Shown: positions 37,801 to 52,050, numbered from the whole stretch's first letter. The stretch: DNA of 63,899 bases, filler included, from Octopus bimaculoides (GCF_001194135.2; 7 parts of 6 records of this genome joined end to end with filler, not necessarily neighbours in it); one strand, 5' to 3'. Notes: a model not told the origin generated them from the sequence alone. Program-made: numbers and translations.

Positions 37801-37932
37801 TTATACACTATGTCTATATATGCATGTATATATATATTGACACATATGAATATAATACGTACACACACATATACGTATATACATGTGTGTTTGTGTTTCT
37901 GTAAGTGTGTGAGTGTGGATGTATGTGTGCAC

Positions 37933-37963
<31 letters not shown>

Positions 37964-38904
37964 TGCATTTGTGTATGGATGGATATATATGGATTACAAT
38001 CTGCTATAGAGATTCATATTAAAGTCGTAAATTAATGGATAGTTATACGTCAATAAATATGAAAGTAATATGAGATGAACGTTTTTTTTATTAAAAATGC
38101 TTTAAAATATAAGTTTAATTATGACTGAATGCATCCATATTCCTACAGTATATTAGAGGTTTCAGGTTGGTTGAATGAATAAGGAAATTAGAAGACCTTA
38201 ATGAAAGAACATTATAGATTTAATGAAAATAATTTGTGTGTATCTCTAGTCTATCACCGGAAATATTGTTAATATTTTCTAAAATGCAAGATTGTTTCTT
38301 ATAATTGCGTTATAAATTATTGCTCTTCCTAGACTCAGTTGGGCATTAACGGAGTCGATGTAGGTCGTCTGTGGATATTTTTATTCAACTATCAAATCAT
38401 GTTGCCAGAAAACGGCTATGGTCAACTACACTTTAATCTCAGAAAACTAAGGTTACATCAGTGAAGTAGCTGCATCTGCTAGAAATAGAGGCGAAGTTAT
38501 CCAGAAATGTAATGAAAAGGTGAAAGTAATCGAGTTCTAGGATGTAAGTCAATGAGATCACAGTGTTTCTCTGAACTCGACGCCAATCCGTTACAGTGTT
38601 ATCCTTTGACAGCTGAGTGCACTGAAGCAGCGTGAAATGAAATGCGTTGACTGTTTTTCTTTTTATTTTCTTCTTCTAGTTACTCGGTTTGGTACGTGAA
38701 ACCACAATATTTTGTGCAACATTCGGAGCTCTAGGACATGCGCCTCCACAGAAAGAGAGTATATCCTTAAAATAAGTGGAGAGTAACTTGAAATCCGTTA
38801 GCATGATGTAATCTGGGTTTTATTCTTCCTGAAAATACTTGAAATACTTTGCCTCCAGATCTGATCGAACCAGGATCGATTTCGAAGTGAGTAGTCAACA
38901 GAAA

Positions 38905-39605
38905 CAGTAACAATGATTTCAAAATTTGGCACATGGCCAGCAATTTCAGGGGAGGGAAAAATTCGATTACATTGACCCCAATGATCAAATTGTACTTATT
39001 TTATCGACCCCAAAATCATGAAAGACAGACGAAATGCGCAAAGTATTTTGCCCGGCGTGATAAAGATTCCTTTCTGTTCTAGACACATTGCCCGAAATTA
39101 TTTGGGAGGGGACCAGTCGATTAGATCGACTCCAGTACGCAACTGGTGCTTAATTTATCGACCCCGAAAGGATGAAAAGCAAAGTCGACCTCGGCGGAAT
39201 TTGAACTCAGAACATAAAAATAGGCGAAATATCGCTAAGAATTTCGCCCGGCATGCTAACGTTTCTTATTTCTTTACTGCCCACAAGGGGCTACACACAT
39301 AGGGGACAAGCAAGGACAGACAAAGGGATTAATTCGAATATATCGACCCCAGTGTGTAACTGGTACTTATTTAATCGACCTCAAAAAGATGAAAGGCAAA
39401 GTAGACTTCTGCGGAATTTGATCTCAGAACGTACAGACAGACGAAATACCGCTAACCATTTCGCCCGGCGTGCTAGCGTTTCTTATTTCTTTACTGCCCA
39501 CAAGGAGCTACACAGAGGGGGGAGAGGCAAACAATGACAGACAAAGGGATTAAGTCGATTAAGCATTTCGTCCGGCGTGCTAACAATTCTGCCAGCTCGC
39601 CGCCT
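38905..39605 (-). mobile_element. Head-to-tail array of about four family A SINE units
   Basis: Full head at about 39605; internal junctions at 39482/39483 and 39265/39266 where a tail joins a 5'-clipped unit. Confidence 0.9.
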
Positions 39606-40314
39606 TATACCGAAAGAAAGATTAACAACGACATTTAATAGCATACGAGAATCCAATCTGCTCAACAATAGTGGTACACTTTGCAATACAACTCACCCAT
39701 AGTTCATGTACTATGGTCTGGGGACAGAGTAGAAGGCACTTGGCTAAGAGAACGTGCGTTGTGGAGTTGACTCCAAATGACGTCGTTTGTAAAGAGAGGA
39801 TCGTAACACAAGAGATACTGTATTGTTATTGTTTCTATACTATAATTTCTACATCCTTCTTTTATTTCTTTTCGATAAATCGAACAGGCCAAAATCTTAG
39901 ATTATCATTTATTCGTTTTAGTTGATATTTGTTTTTCATTTTACACATTTTTTCAATGCTCTTCTTTCATTTCCTATTTCTAAACACTTCCCATGAAGTT
40001 CATACGTTCGTAATCTGTACATAGATTTCCTCGTTTATTTCAATTTTTGATTGTAATCTTTTTCCACGCACACACACTCAAACACACCCACACATATATA
40101 CATATGCATATATAAATACATACATATCTACTTACATACATACACACGCATAGATAAATACAATCCGATGTATAAACATACGTACGTATACACAACTGCA
40201 TATANNNNNNNNNNNNNNNNNNNNNNNNNNNNNNNNNNNNNNNNNNNNTTAATTAATTAANNNNNNNNNNNNNNNNNNNNNNNNNNNNNNNNNNNNNNNN
40301 NNNNAAAATTTAAT

Positions 40315-40720
40315 AATATTCCTTTCTATTATCCGCACAAGGCCGGAAATTTTTGGGGGAGGCTTAAGTCGATTACACCGATCTCAGTACTCAACTGGTA
40401 GCTAATTTATTGACCCGTAAAGGACTGAAGGCAAATTCGACCTCGGCGGAATTTGAACTCACAACGTTGCGTCTGACGAAATACCGCTAAGCATTTCGCA
40501 GGGTATGCTAACGAATCTTTCTTAATAATAATGATAATGGTTTCAAATTTCGCTATAAGGATACGCCTTTTTTTTGGGGGGGGGGAGTGTCGATTACATC
40601 GACTTCATAGTTACACTGGTACTTCATTTAGCGACCAGGAAAGGATGATAGGTAACGGTGACCACTGCGATATTTGAACTCAGAAAGACATGATAACTGT
40701 TCTGCAAGTTCGCCACCTTA
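40315..40720 (-). mobile_element. Two diverged family A SINE copies
   Basis: cggcggaatttgaactc / gatatttgaactc cores with the cacaaggccggaaattt tail type. Confidence 0.75.
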
Positions 40721-40819
40721 ATGGTAATAATAATAACAACAATGATATTAATAATAATAATGGTTACAAATTTTGCCACCAGGACAGCCATTTTGCATTG
40801 ACCACAGTATCTATATATA

Positions 40820-41110
40820 TATATATATAATTTACATTAGTTACATTTGACGGATATTTGTCCTCATCTTCTTTGTTGTTGACACAACGTTTCGTCTGAT
40901 ATACTCTCCGGCCTTTATCAGGTGTCCAGTGGGGTGGTTTAATAATGACTTGTTCATCACCACTGTAGCATTTCCCTTGTCCGCTGGAAGTATTATGATG
41001 CAATTGTCTTTTCATAGCGAAATTTTCGTCTTTAGTGATGAGGACAAATATCCGTCAATATAAATAATGTAAATAGCGTACATAATTCCTCATCACTTAA
41101 ATATAGAAAT
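40820..41110. mobile_element. Penelope-like repeat with hammerhead-like motif and inverted repeat
   Basis: Minus 40881-40926: gacac-CTGATAA-a-ggccg..cagac-GAAAC-GTT-gtgtc. The 22-mer ttgacggatatttgtcctcatc near 40848 recurs inverted near 41038-41059. A related fragment lies at about 61-105. Confidence 0.55.
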
Positions 41111-41120
41111 ATATATGTAA

Positions 41121-41161
<41 letters not shown>

Positions 41162-42196
41162 CATATCTGTAGGTACATTTGGCAAAGGAGATGAATAACA
41201 GACTGCATGAGTATACATTTTATACAATATATTCTTAATCAGCAGAATTTATTGCGAGGAAGTAACGAGAGTTTCTTGGATGTCATACCGATTAAGATTA
41301 CTTAAATATGCAAATGTTTCAACATGTGTGTGACTATGTATGTATCAGTGTTTAACTATAAATCTATGTGTACGTGTGTGTGTTTGTGTATTTTGTATAC
41401 ACCCATACACTGTACAAATATATACTGAATGTCTACGTGACATGCATGTGTTCCTGTACGTATGCGCTTGTGCCTGCATCAAGTTCGTGTGTACACGTGT
41501 TTCTCCATGAATTCGTGTATAGGCGTTTTTGTGTAAATATACATACGAAATCTATCGCAAAATGAAAGGATTTATTTCAAAATATATTTATTATTTCGAA
41601 ATGCAGAAAAGGAAACACAAACACACACACATGCGTATACATATACACATATACACGTACATGTGTTTAAAGTGCGTATTTGTACCATGTACATACATGC
41701 ATACACACATATATACATAACTATATATATGTATATATATGCACGTGTTTGTGTGTGTATACGTATATATCACTGAATAGATGATGTTTACATACATAAG
41801 TATTTACATATCTATTTATCTATATGGATTTAAGTGCATATTTATGGATAATATTTCATCGGAGAAATATATCAAATGAAATTCCGTATTAATCCTGTAT
41901 CTAATATTATTCTCTGCACGTCGATGGAAAAGGCCAGAAGTATATCATAACAGCAGTTTGTTAAATCGTTTCATGAGGTTACATGAGGCAAGAGAAGCTT
42001 GGAGGATACCAGATGAAGCTTAATTTTAGTTATATGTTGGTATCAACTATTATATATATATGTGTGTATTATATATATGTATGTATGTATAAGTGTGTAT
42101 GTGTTACTATGTATGTATATATACATATATAAGAGAACATTATTATTCATTAGAAACAATAAAATTAGTGACCGCAAGCATTATGTTGTATATGCA

Positions 42197-42266
<70 letters not shown>

Positions 42267-42632
42267 GAGGGTACTAAGAAGCACCCGGTTTGCTGAAATT
42301 AGGAAGTGTATATAATAAAAAAGCACCGAAGCCACAGTAGCGATGATTAGTGCGGTTTCTGAGGTTTTATGAGTCCTATTTTTAGTACAGCTATATATAT
42401 ATATATATATATATNNNNNNNNNNNNNNNNNNNNNNNNNNNNNNNNNNNNNNNNNNNNNNNNNNNNNNNNNNNNNNNNNNNNNNNNNNNNNNNNNNNNNN
42501 NNNNNNNNNNNNNNGGGCACTGAAATGTTCCTAGCTTTGGGTAAAATAAACTACAGGAGGATCAGTTAATTATGATTTTATTCAACATATTCCCTTCTCA
42601 GATTCACAGATATATTTGCAGCGGTGCGTGTA

Positions 42633-42668
<36 letters not shown>

Positions 42669-43384
42669 CTCGAATATGTAAGTAGTTATGTACAACATGT
42701 ACAGATATGTGTGTGTACGAAGATGGAGATATAAACTCATACAAGAATGCATACACATAGATAAACAGCAAGAGATACACGGCAAAATATTGGCCAACGA
42801 AAACGCGTCTAATGGACAGCTCAAAGATCTAGAAATAGACCACATCTCATAACACATACCAGTGACTCAAAAATGGAAGGACCTATTAGAGTTTGTATTC
42901 ATAGCTGCGCATTGTCTACAAAAAGGAATTAGTTATAGATGAAACGTTTTTGATCAAACATAAATTGAGATGGGAGTAAAACAAAAACTGTTTTAACAGC
43001 ATCAATCTTTTGTGATATCTATTTTGGACACGTTCGCTCGCAAATGATCCACACTTGCATAGCTCTGTCGTTAAGAACATCGTTTGGCAACTACGTGCTT
43101 CCGGATGGGATCCAACTGGACGGCTTGTTCTCAAGAGTCTTTCGTTATTGCCATGGTTGTGCTGGATATTCCTGGATGGAAATTATATGGTGAGTGAGAG
43201 AGAGAGAGGGGTGAGAGAGAGAGAGGGGTGAGAGAGGGAAAGAGGCAGAACAAGAGATTGAGACAGTATACGTATATGCGTGTGCGAGACTGTGTGAGTT
43301 AGCCTGGGAGAGACAGAGTATTTATGTGAACGAGAAAGGGAGAAAGAGAGAGAATGAGGAAATACCATTCACAGTTTAATATTC

Positions 43385-44335
43385 ATTTGGCACAAGGCCA
43401 GCGTTTCTTTGAAGTGGAGAAATGTATATAGGCGGAATTTGAGGTTACACCGCAAGGACGGACAAAATATCCCTAAGCATTTTGCCCAGCGCGTTAACGA
43501 TTCTATCAGTTCACAGCCTTATTCTACGAGAAAATATTGATTTTAAATTTCAGCACAAGACCAGCATGTTCGGGGGAGGGTGCTAATCGATTATATCGGC
43601 CCTAGTGTTTGGCTGGTTCTTGTTTTATTGATCCTGAAAGGATGAAAGGCAAAGTTCACCTCGGTGTAGTTTGAACTCATTTTGACCAGAGTGTTAACGA
43701 TTCTGCCACTTCGCCGGCTTAAACTACGAGAAAATATGGGTTTTAATGTTTAGCACAGGGCCAGAAATATCGGGGTAAGGTATTAGACGATTTTATCGAC
43801 CCTATTGTTTACTGACCCCGAAAAGATGAAATACAATTTGAACTCATTTTGCCAGGCGTAGTAAATCTTCTCACAGCTTGCCGTCTAATCAACGAAAAAA
43901 TATTCTTTTCTGCTCAAGGCACAAGGCCCGAAATTTTGGGGGAGGGAGCCATCGATTAGATAGACCCTAGTATGCATCTGGTATTTTATTGATCGACCCC
44001 GAATGGTTGAAAGGCAACGTCGACCTCGGCAGAATTTGAACTCAGAACATAAAAACAGGCGAAATACCGTGAAGCATTTCGCCCGGCGTGCTTACGTTTC
44101 TTATTTCTTTATTGCCCACTAGGGGCTAAACATAGAGGGGACAAACAAGGACAGGCAAAGGGATTAAGTCGATTATATCGACCCCAGTGCGTAAGTGGTA
44201 CTTAATTTATCGACCCGGAAAAGGGTGAAAGGCAAAGTCGACCTCGGCGGAATTTGAACTCAGAGCGTAGCGGTAGACGAAATACCAGTAAGCATTTCGC
44301 CCGGCGTGCTAACGTTTCTGCCAGCTCACCGCCTT
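43385..44335 (-). mobile_element. Array of about five family A SINE units
   Basis: Complete unit at 44101-44335 joined at 44100/44101 to a clipped unit; older diverged units towards 43385. Confidence 0.9.
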
Positions 44336-44354
44336 TCAACGAGAACATATTAAT

Positions 44355-44570
44355 ACTTCGTTTCACGGCGAATTAATTGGCAGAACGCCCGGCAAAATGC
44401 TTAGCAAGATTGCCGTCCGTACGTTATGAGTTCAAATTCCACCGAGGTCGATCTAGCCTCTCATCATTTCGGGGTCGATAAAATAAGTACCGTTTGGTAA
44501 CTTCGAAGGATGCAATCGATTTAGTTCCTCCCCCTAAATAGTTGACTCTGAGCAAAATTTCGAAGCCAAT
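44355..44570 (+). mobile_element. Family A SINE, head-to-head with the preceding array
   Basis: ttggcagaacgcccggcaaaatgcttagc...gagttcaaattccaccgaggtcgat. Another + copy at about 45575-45712. Confidence 0.8.
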
Positions 44571-46460
44571 ATCAATTCTTTGAAGATGGCTTTCCAATCT
44601 CTTATCAATGAAATAATTAATACAACATCTCCAAATTGCAGCAATGCATAATTACACTTCGATTTATTCTCACACTAAGTGCTAACACCGAAACTTATAT
44701 TTTTGCACCAGTTGACATTCATAAATATTCGAACAACTGAAAGCATGGAGTGGCGAAAAATTAGAACTTTTGTTTCAAATGAATAGATAAAAATCTATCG
44801 GATTTATCAAGTCTTTATTGTTGTGTTTATTAATTTGAAACACACACATACTTGCATACGACATACACGCGCGCACCTCCAACCCATATAAGTGTCTATT
44901 TGCTGTGTTGGAGTGGGTAGTGTGTGTGCGTGCGTGCCTTAGTAGTGTAGTGTATAGATTCATAGAAACGTGTAGCTATCACAGACAGGCACACTAATGG
45001 ACTCGACTAGCAGACTAGTAGGTTACACTGAAGTCGTTATTAGATGGGGAAGGGTTCGAGACGGCAGTAATCCAAAGAATATATTCACATTTCGTACCAT
45101 CTGACATTTTAAGGCTTTTATATATACACACACATACATATATATATACACACATACACATATATATATATATACATGGTGCATGGACACACGCACACAC
45201 ACACATACACAGACACANNNNNNNNNNNNNNNNNNNNNNNNNNNNNNNNNNNNNNNNNNNNNNNNNNNNNNNNNNNNNNNNNNNNNNNNNNNNNNNNNNN
45301 NNNNNNNNNNNNNNNNNNNNNNNNNNNNNNNNNNNNNNNNNNNNNNNNNNNNNNNNNNNNNNNNNNNNNNNNNNNNNNNNNNNNNNNNNNNNNNNNNNNN
45401 NNNNNNNNNNNNNNNNNNATATATATATATATAGGTGCATGCTTGGCTGTGTGGTAAGAAGATTGCTTCCCAAATATATCGTCTCCGGTTCAGACCCACT
45501 ATGTTGCACCTTCGACAAGGTAATTTGTTAGGGCAAATTAATACATAATGTCGATAATATTGGTTATTTAAATGAGTTCAAATTCCGCCGAGGTCGACTT
45601 TGCCTTTCATCCTTTCGGGGTTGATAAATGAAGTACTACTTGCATACTGGGGTCGATCTAATTGAATGGCCCCCTCCCCAAAAATTCCGTGCCTAGACTA
45701 GAAAAGGATATTGGTTATTTACTTGTACATTGCTATGTATGTATGTATATATATATATGTATATACGGACGTATGTATTAAGCCAGAACGTAGACATACT
45801 CAGGTTGATGTTCTAGGCTGCAGAAAGCCCAACAGGCACCAGGGACCCCTGGTCTTTGTCAACCCAGCTATATAAACCCGCTGCTCTTCTGAGCCTGATC
45901 TTGCAATTTCCTTCTCCCTTTGGTCTGCTCGGTGTTGCTAGTAAGTATCCGTATGGTGCGTGTGCAAAATGCCCCCGACACAAAAATCTTGCATTGGGAT
46001 TGTTAACACTGAACACCTGACGTCAATGATCGTGCACGTCTGGCGAGTATACACCTTTCATATATGTATGTATGTATATATGTATGTATCCATCTATCTA
46101 ACTAGCTAGCTAGCTATTTATTATCTATCGTATGAGTGTGTATTGATGTATATCTCTCTCTGTGCATATATATATATATATAATTATATAGAGTTTTCTG
46201 TGTGTGTGCGTGTGTGTTTGTGTGTGTGTGTGTGTGCGTGTGTGTGTGTGTGCATAAAAATCGTTTGAATGTTTTATCTTCGTCACACCTCATTAAAACA
46301 TCTCAAATTGACGTCGTAGATATAATGGTATTCAGACGAAAGAAATCTACATACACACACACATACATTCNNNNNNNNNNNNNNNNNNNNNNNNNNNNNN
46401 NNNNNNNNNNNNNNNNNNNNNNNNNNNNNNNNNNNNNNNNNNNNNNNNNNNNNNAGATAG

Positions 46461-46497
<37 letters not shown>

Positions 46498-47995
46498 TGC
46501 AAATTTAGAAAAATGTATATATGCATATCTAATATCTACATATATAGAAAGCTTTCTATGTATGTATCTATGTATGTATGTTCACATGAACAGAAACACA
46601 CACCACAGCAAACGCTCACAATACATACACACACGTAGAAACACACGTAGGCATGTATAATTTTAACGAAAATATGTATTCATTCTTTTGTGTATAAAAG
46701 TCCTGCAAATGTGGGGGTTTTTTTTTTGCCTACGATCATACATATATTTAGATGATTAATACAACTTCAATTACTGTTATATATAAATGATTGCAAGTGC
46801 TTTGTATATTAAAACTGTTGATACAGTCACACAGGCTTACAAACAAACTATGTCCATCAACTCAACTTAATTGCCAATAATCTAAACCATAGTGTTTTAT
46901 GTCTGTCTATAAGTTGCGACGGAAATATTAAAATATTTACACAAAAAAACTCGGCACATTGCTTTGATGTGAACGTATGAATTGAATTATAATCAATACA
47001 ACTAATTTAGCTCTTCTTGAGTTGACTGACCGACCTAGATGTACCAGATATAACGGTTATTTCATATATGTTTCTGTGTGTGTGTGTGTGTGTGCAATTA
47101 TTTCTTCATATATTATATGACAATATATATACATATTTCCCTAGGAACACACATATACACAGACATATATGTATATATATGAGCTTTTAAGTGCAACTTC
47201 TGAAAGGAATAAATATTCCATTCTGGAAATATTGTAGAGAGCTAGACATAAAAAAGTTATCTCACTGTGTTTCTCGTTGCCGATCATTAGGAAATAACGA
47301 AAAATGTATTATTGAAATATCAAGAAACAATGAAATAATGCTAAAATATCAGAACATAGAAATGTATTTAAAAATATTATGGATATATTCTAAAACAAAA
47401 TAAAACTGGACAATAAAATATTATGAATTATAGCAGTGCGAAAGTAATTCTAGCAGGTATTTGGATGGCACTAGCTGACGTATCTGGTACTTCCCTGGAA
47501 AGCGGGGATTATCCCTTGGTTCCGTTCTCAAAATTTTTTCGCTAATCCAATAACAAAAATACAAACTATGTAGCCATTAAATCGGTTTTTGGACATTTAC
47601 AGAGAATACCGAACTGTCTTACACAGGATCTTGTTTTTAGGAATTCCCAATAAGATATGAATACCAAAATTGTGAAATCAGTAGTGTAATAATATGAAAT
47701 TGGTTATTCGATAGTAAGATTCAATAAAGTAGCCCCGAAAAGAGCTTTAATGCGTTCCCAGAGTATATAAAACTTAGAAGAAAATACTAATAAGGTATGT
47801 ATACTAAAATCGTGAAGCATGTTACGTAATAACAGGCTAATCAGATACGAGATAATAACATTTCAAAGTAAATAACTCTGAAAAGGGCTTTTGTGCGTTC
47901 CCAGAGAATATTATCCTCAGGGGCGTCAGTGTTGGTATATTCGTGAATAAGTCATTAACCGAAATAACAGTTCAAATACTAAGAAATAAGCATAC

Positions 47996-48323
47996 TCAAT
48001 TTGATTTAGGAAAAGTAATTCAACAACGCGGGTTGATGAACCGTAAGACGTGTGGCCAGAACCTCCTGGAAAATAACCATAGCGAGGGACATTCCACAGT
48101 TGAATTAGAACAGTCACAAACAGTGAAAGAAGACATGCACCCAATACCAGAGCTGAAGACACCTCCGAAAGGAGGGGCCCCACCACGTCATAACGGTAGA
48201 GCAGTAGGGGCCGAAACCGGACGTGGTTCCTCCTGATGATGTCTTGAGCTAACTGGATCCTATAAAGGGGCTGTTGTGGTAGCAGACCACGAAACATGGT
48301 TGAAATTCCTTTCTTTCCCTTGC
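47996..48323 (-). CDS. Exon (328 nt, phase 1 to 2): GKGKKGISTMFRGLLPQQPLYRIQLAQDIIRRNHVRFRPLLLYRYDVVGPLLSEVSSALVLGACLLSLFVTVLIQLWNVPRYGYFPGG...ELLFLNQI
   Basis: Strong acceptor aatttcttttaacag|, 123-aa ORF in the track, one clear hydrophobic helix, donor GA|gtatgc. ATG at 48297 (accATG) could alternatively be the start codon. Confidence 0.65.
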
Positions 48324-50889
48324 CTGTTAAAAGAAATTATATTAGATATATATATAAGGATCCCTTCCAACAATTTGAGTATGCCATGAGGTTTCCAGAC
48401 AAGAGTTCTACTCACGTGTCAAGTTTCCTTAAATCGATAAAACGATGTAGGATGAGTAGAGCTAAACTCCACAAAAACACACACAAACAGAATTTCCCAG
48501 ATATATAGTTGATTAAAATCTGTAAAATATTTGAAAGGAAACATTGTAGAATGTATTTTATTTCAGAAATAATTTATTTCTGGGTATGTATTCGGAAACT
48601 TTATGTCTGGAGTTTTCCGTTAGTAGGATGATAACAGATTAATTTCTTCTGTTACTATCATGTTTCCAAATGATATGAATAATCATGATTTGAAACATAG
48701 TTCGCAGCGTAAATTTGAAAGTAAACTACCAGGAATTACAACAGTGATTGGCATGGCCAGGTATTGGCCATTTGATATAAAATAAAAACGCAATTTTAAG
48801 AACTATGCATGCTTACAAATGATTCTACACCTGTTTTTAAAACGCGTATATATGTTAATACCCATTGATTTGAAAGAGGTTATGGTTCAATTTCATCTAA
48901 ATCCTGGGTAGATTATTATTTCGTTGAAAAAGTATATATTTACGGATTATATTCGAATTTTCGGAATTGCCTTTATTTTTGGCAGTGCAGTTTCCATTGA
49001 ATGAGAAATGCATATCTAGCGAGCTTCATTGCGTCAATTCTGTGAAAGAAGTGATATAGATATGAATTAAAGTGGTATACATTATGCAATTTATAGAAGT
49101 ACAGATAAATGTAATCCTGTGTTCTAATCAGAAGTAAATCTTCAGAATTATAGCAAGAAATTTATATACTTAGCTCTACACTATCTAATTATAAGAAACA
49201 GTTTTCTTATCAACTCAGACGATTTAAATGCATCGAAAATTGAATAACGTTTGCATACTTTTAATCTGTTAACTATAACGGCGCCTCTGAAAGAAAACAC
49301 TCCACCTTCATAAGACAAAAGCTAATTCTCAATCAAATCAAGGGACTTTCTAGCTATAGTGGCGAAAGTAATATTTTCTCAGATTGTACCCTGCCTTTCC
49401 AAAGACACGAAATTCATATTGTAGAGTGTTGAGCTCGGCATTAAAAAATGAAACGGTCACATATGAAATACCTTTGAAGTTTTATCTAATTACACAGGCC
49501 GAATGTGACTTGGTAATAATAAGTCGAACCACTGAAAACAAAGACACTAATGAATATAGATAATCAAACGCAAATCTTTATTTGCTTTGAGATCCCCGTA
49601 AAATATATATTATATTTGTGTGTATGTGAGAGTGCTTGTACGTGCGTGTGTGTATGTGTGTGTGTATTCATTATTTCCAGACTATGGCTACGTCTAGGTA
49701 TCATCCTTAGCTATAAATCCTGGAAGGTGATAGAAACAAACTTAAACATATACTTGTTCCATCATTCTCACACTCTCTCAGCGCATCTACTTATTTACCA
49801 ACACCAGCGGAAGATTGTTCTCTTTAATAAGAGTTAAATGATTTCATTCTCGAGAAATTAAAGTAACATTGTATATAATATATATNNNNNNNNNNNNNNN
49901 NNNNNNNNNNNNNNNNNNNNNNNNNNNNNNNNNNNNNNNNNNNNNNNNNNNNNNNNNNNNNNNNNNNNNNNNNNNNNNNNNNNNNNNNNNNNNNNNNNNN
50001 NNNNNNNNNNNNNNNNNNNNNNNNNNNNNNNNNNNNNNNNNNNNNNNNNNNNNNNNNNNNNNNNNNNNNNNNNNNNNNNNNNNNNNNNNNNNNNNNNNNN
50101 NNNNNNNNNNNNNNNNNNNNNNNNNNNNNNNNNNNNNNNNNNNNNNNNNNNNNNNNNNNNNNNNNNNNNNNNNNNNNNNNNNNNNNNNNNNNNNNNNNNN
50201 NNNNNNNNNNNNNNNNNNNNNNNNNNNNNNNNNNNNNNNNNNNNNNNNNNNNNNNNNNNNNNNNNNNNNNNNNNNNNNNNNNNNNNNNNNNNNNNNNNNN
50301 NNNNNNNNNNNNNNNNNNNNNNNNNNNNNNNNNNNNNNNNNNNNNNNNNNNNNNNNNNNNNNNNNNNNNNNNNNNNNNNNNNNNNNNNNNNNNNNNNNNN
50401 NNNNNNNNNNNNNNNNNNNNNNNNNNNNNNNNNNNNNNNNNNNNNNNNNNNNNNNNNNNNNNNNNNNNNNNNNNNNNNNNNNNNNNNNNNNNNNNNNNNN
50501 NNNNNNNNNNNNNNNNNNNNNNNNNNNNNNNNNNNNNNNNNNNNNNNNNNNNNNNNNNNNNNNNNNNNNNNNNNNNNNNNNNNNNNNNNNNNNNNNNNNN
50601 NNNNNNNNNNNNNNNNNNNNNNNNNNNNNNNNNNNNNNNNNGAACACTCAGTAGATCATATATTCAATAAGACATATTCCATATATTCAATAAGACATTC
50701 AATACTTTATTTCATTGTACCATCCATCTTTTTTTATATTATATATTATATATTCCATATCCCACATAAATTTTACAAGAATATAAATAAAATACATAAA
50801 GAAACAGACACAATTGGAACTCTTTTAAATAAAATAATATATTCCTCTATACACGATCATACAAAACCCTTTTTTTGTATTTATTTTTA

Positions 50890-50962
<73 letters not shown>

Positions 50963-51589
50963 TTTATATGTATGTATGTATATATGTACATATATATATA
51001 ATATAATGCTCACATACATCGGTGCGTCGGACAAATGAGGTTTGCATTTTCGAAGCCAACGGAGAGCTAATTTCCTCACGATGTACTATAGTTGATGTGG
51101 TGTCTGTGTCTATGCGCATATGGGGGTATATATTCGTATTTGTCCATGTATACGTGTACGTATAAAAGTGTGCGTGTTTGTGAGTGCATGTATATATACA
51201 TATATACATACATATTTGTATGTGTATATGTATGTATGTATGTATGTATGTTCATTTATATTATGCACGGGCGTTTGTGTGCGCGTGCGTAAGTACTTAT
51301 ACGCGAAACTGTAAAGTGAATACTTGCAAGAGTATCCAATAGTTACTCTCTATAGAGACTTATTCTTCGCAATGAATTCTTTCAGATATTTCTGCAGCAT
51401 ACGAGTTTAAAAGTTTCTCAAATATGGAGAATATATCGCCTCGTTAATGGAATAACAAAACTCACGCAAGAAGTCGCCTGTGCTCAAACACACACCTATA
51501 CATACGTACATACATACATATATATAAGTATTTGCTAATAAATATGTATATAGATACATATATATACACATACATGTATAAACACATAC

Positions 51590-51607
51590 ATACATATACA
51601 TACCTGC

Positions 51608-51678
<71 letters not shown>

Positions 51679-52015
51679 TACATACGTATATATTTTCATA
51701 TATTTATATATATGCATACATATATACATATATATTTATGTGAATATATATTTATATACATATATACATATATATGCATATATATATTTATATACATATA
51801 TATATATATATATACAGACATATATGCATATATATTTATATACATATATATATATATATATATATACAGACATATATGCATATATATATATATACTCTAT
51901 ATATATGTATGTATATACGTACACGCACACATACATACATACATACATACATACATACATACATACATACATACATACATACATACATACATACATACAT
52001 ACATACATACATACA

Positions 52016-52050
<35 letters not shown>
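51590..52050. repeat. Compound (AT)n/(ATAC)n microsatellite block, representative of dozens in the window
   Basis: Seen directly. Similar blocks at, for example, 21905-21965 (CT), 30670-30880 (GATA/GGAT), 37565-37990 and 61120-61283; most long gaps are flanked by such repeats. Confidence 0.97.

Noticed and set aside
42860-42915. Minus-strand 56-nt segment with strong acceptor and donor
   Set aside because: Stops in all three frames; a poison exon is possible but there is no evidence for it.
47943-48236. Plus-strand 97-aa ORF and a GAAAC...CTGATGA hammerhead-like arrangement near 48212-48240
   Set aside because: Both are antisense shadows of the better-supported minus-strand exon, and stem I cannot form.
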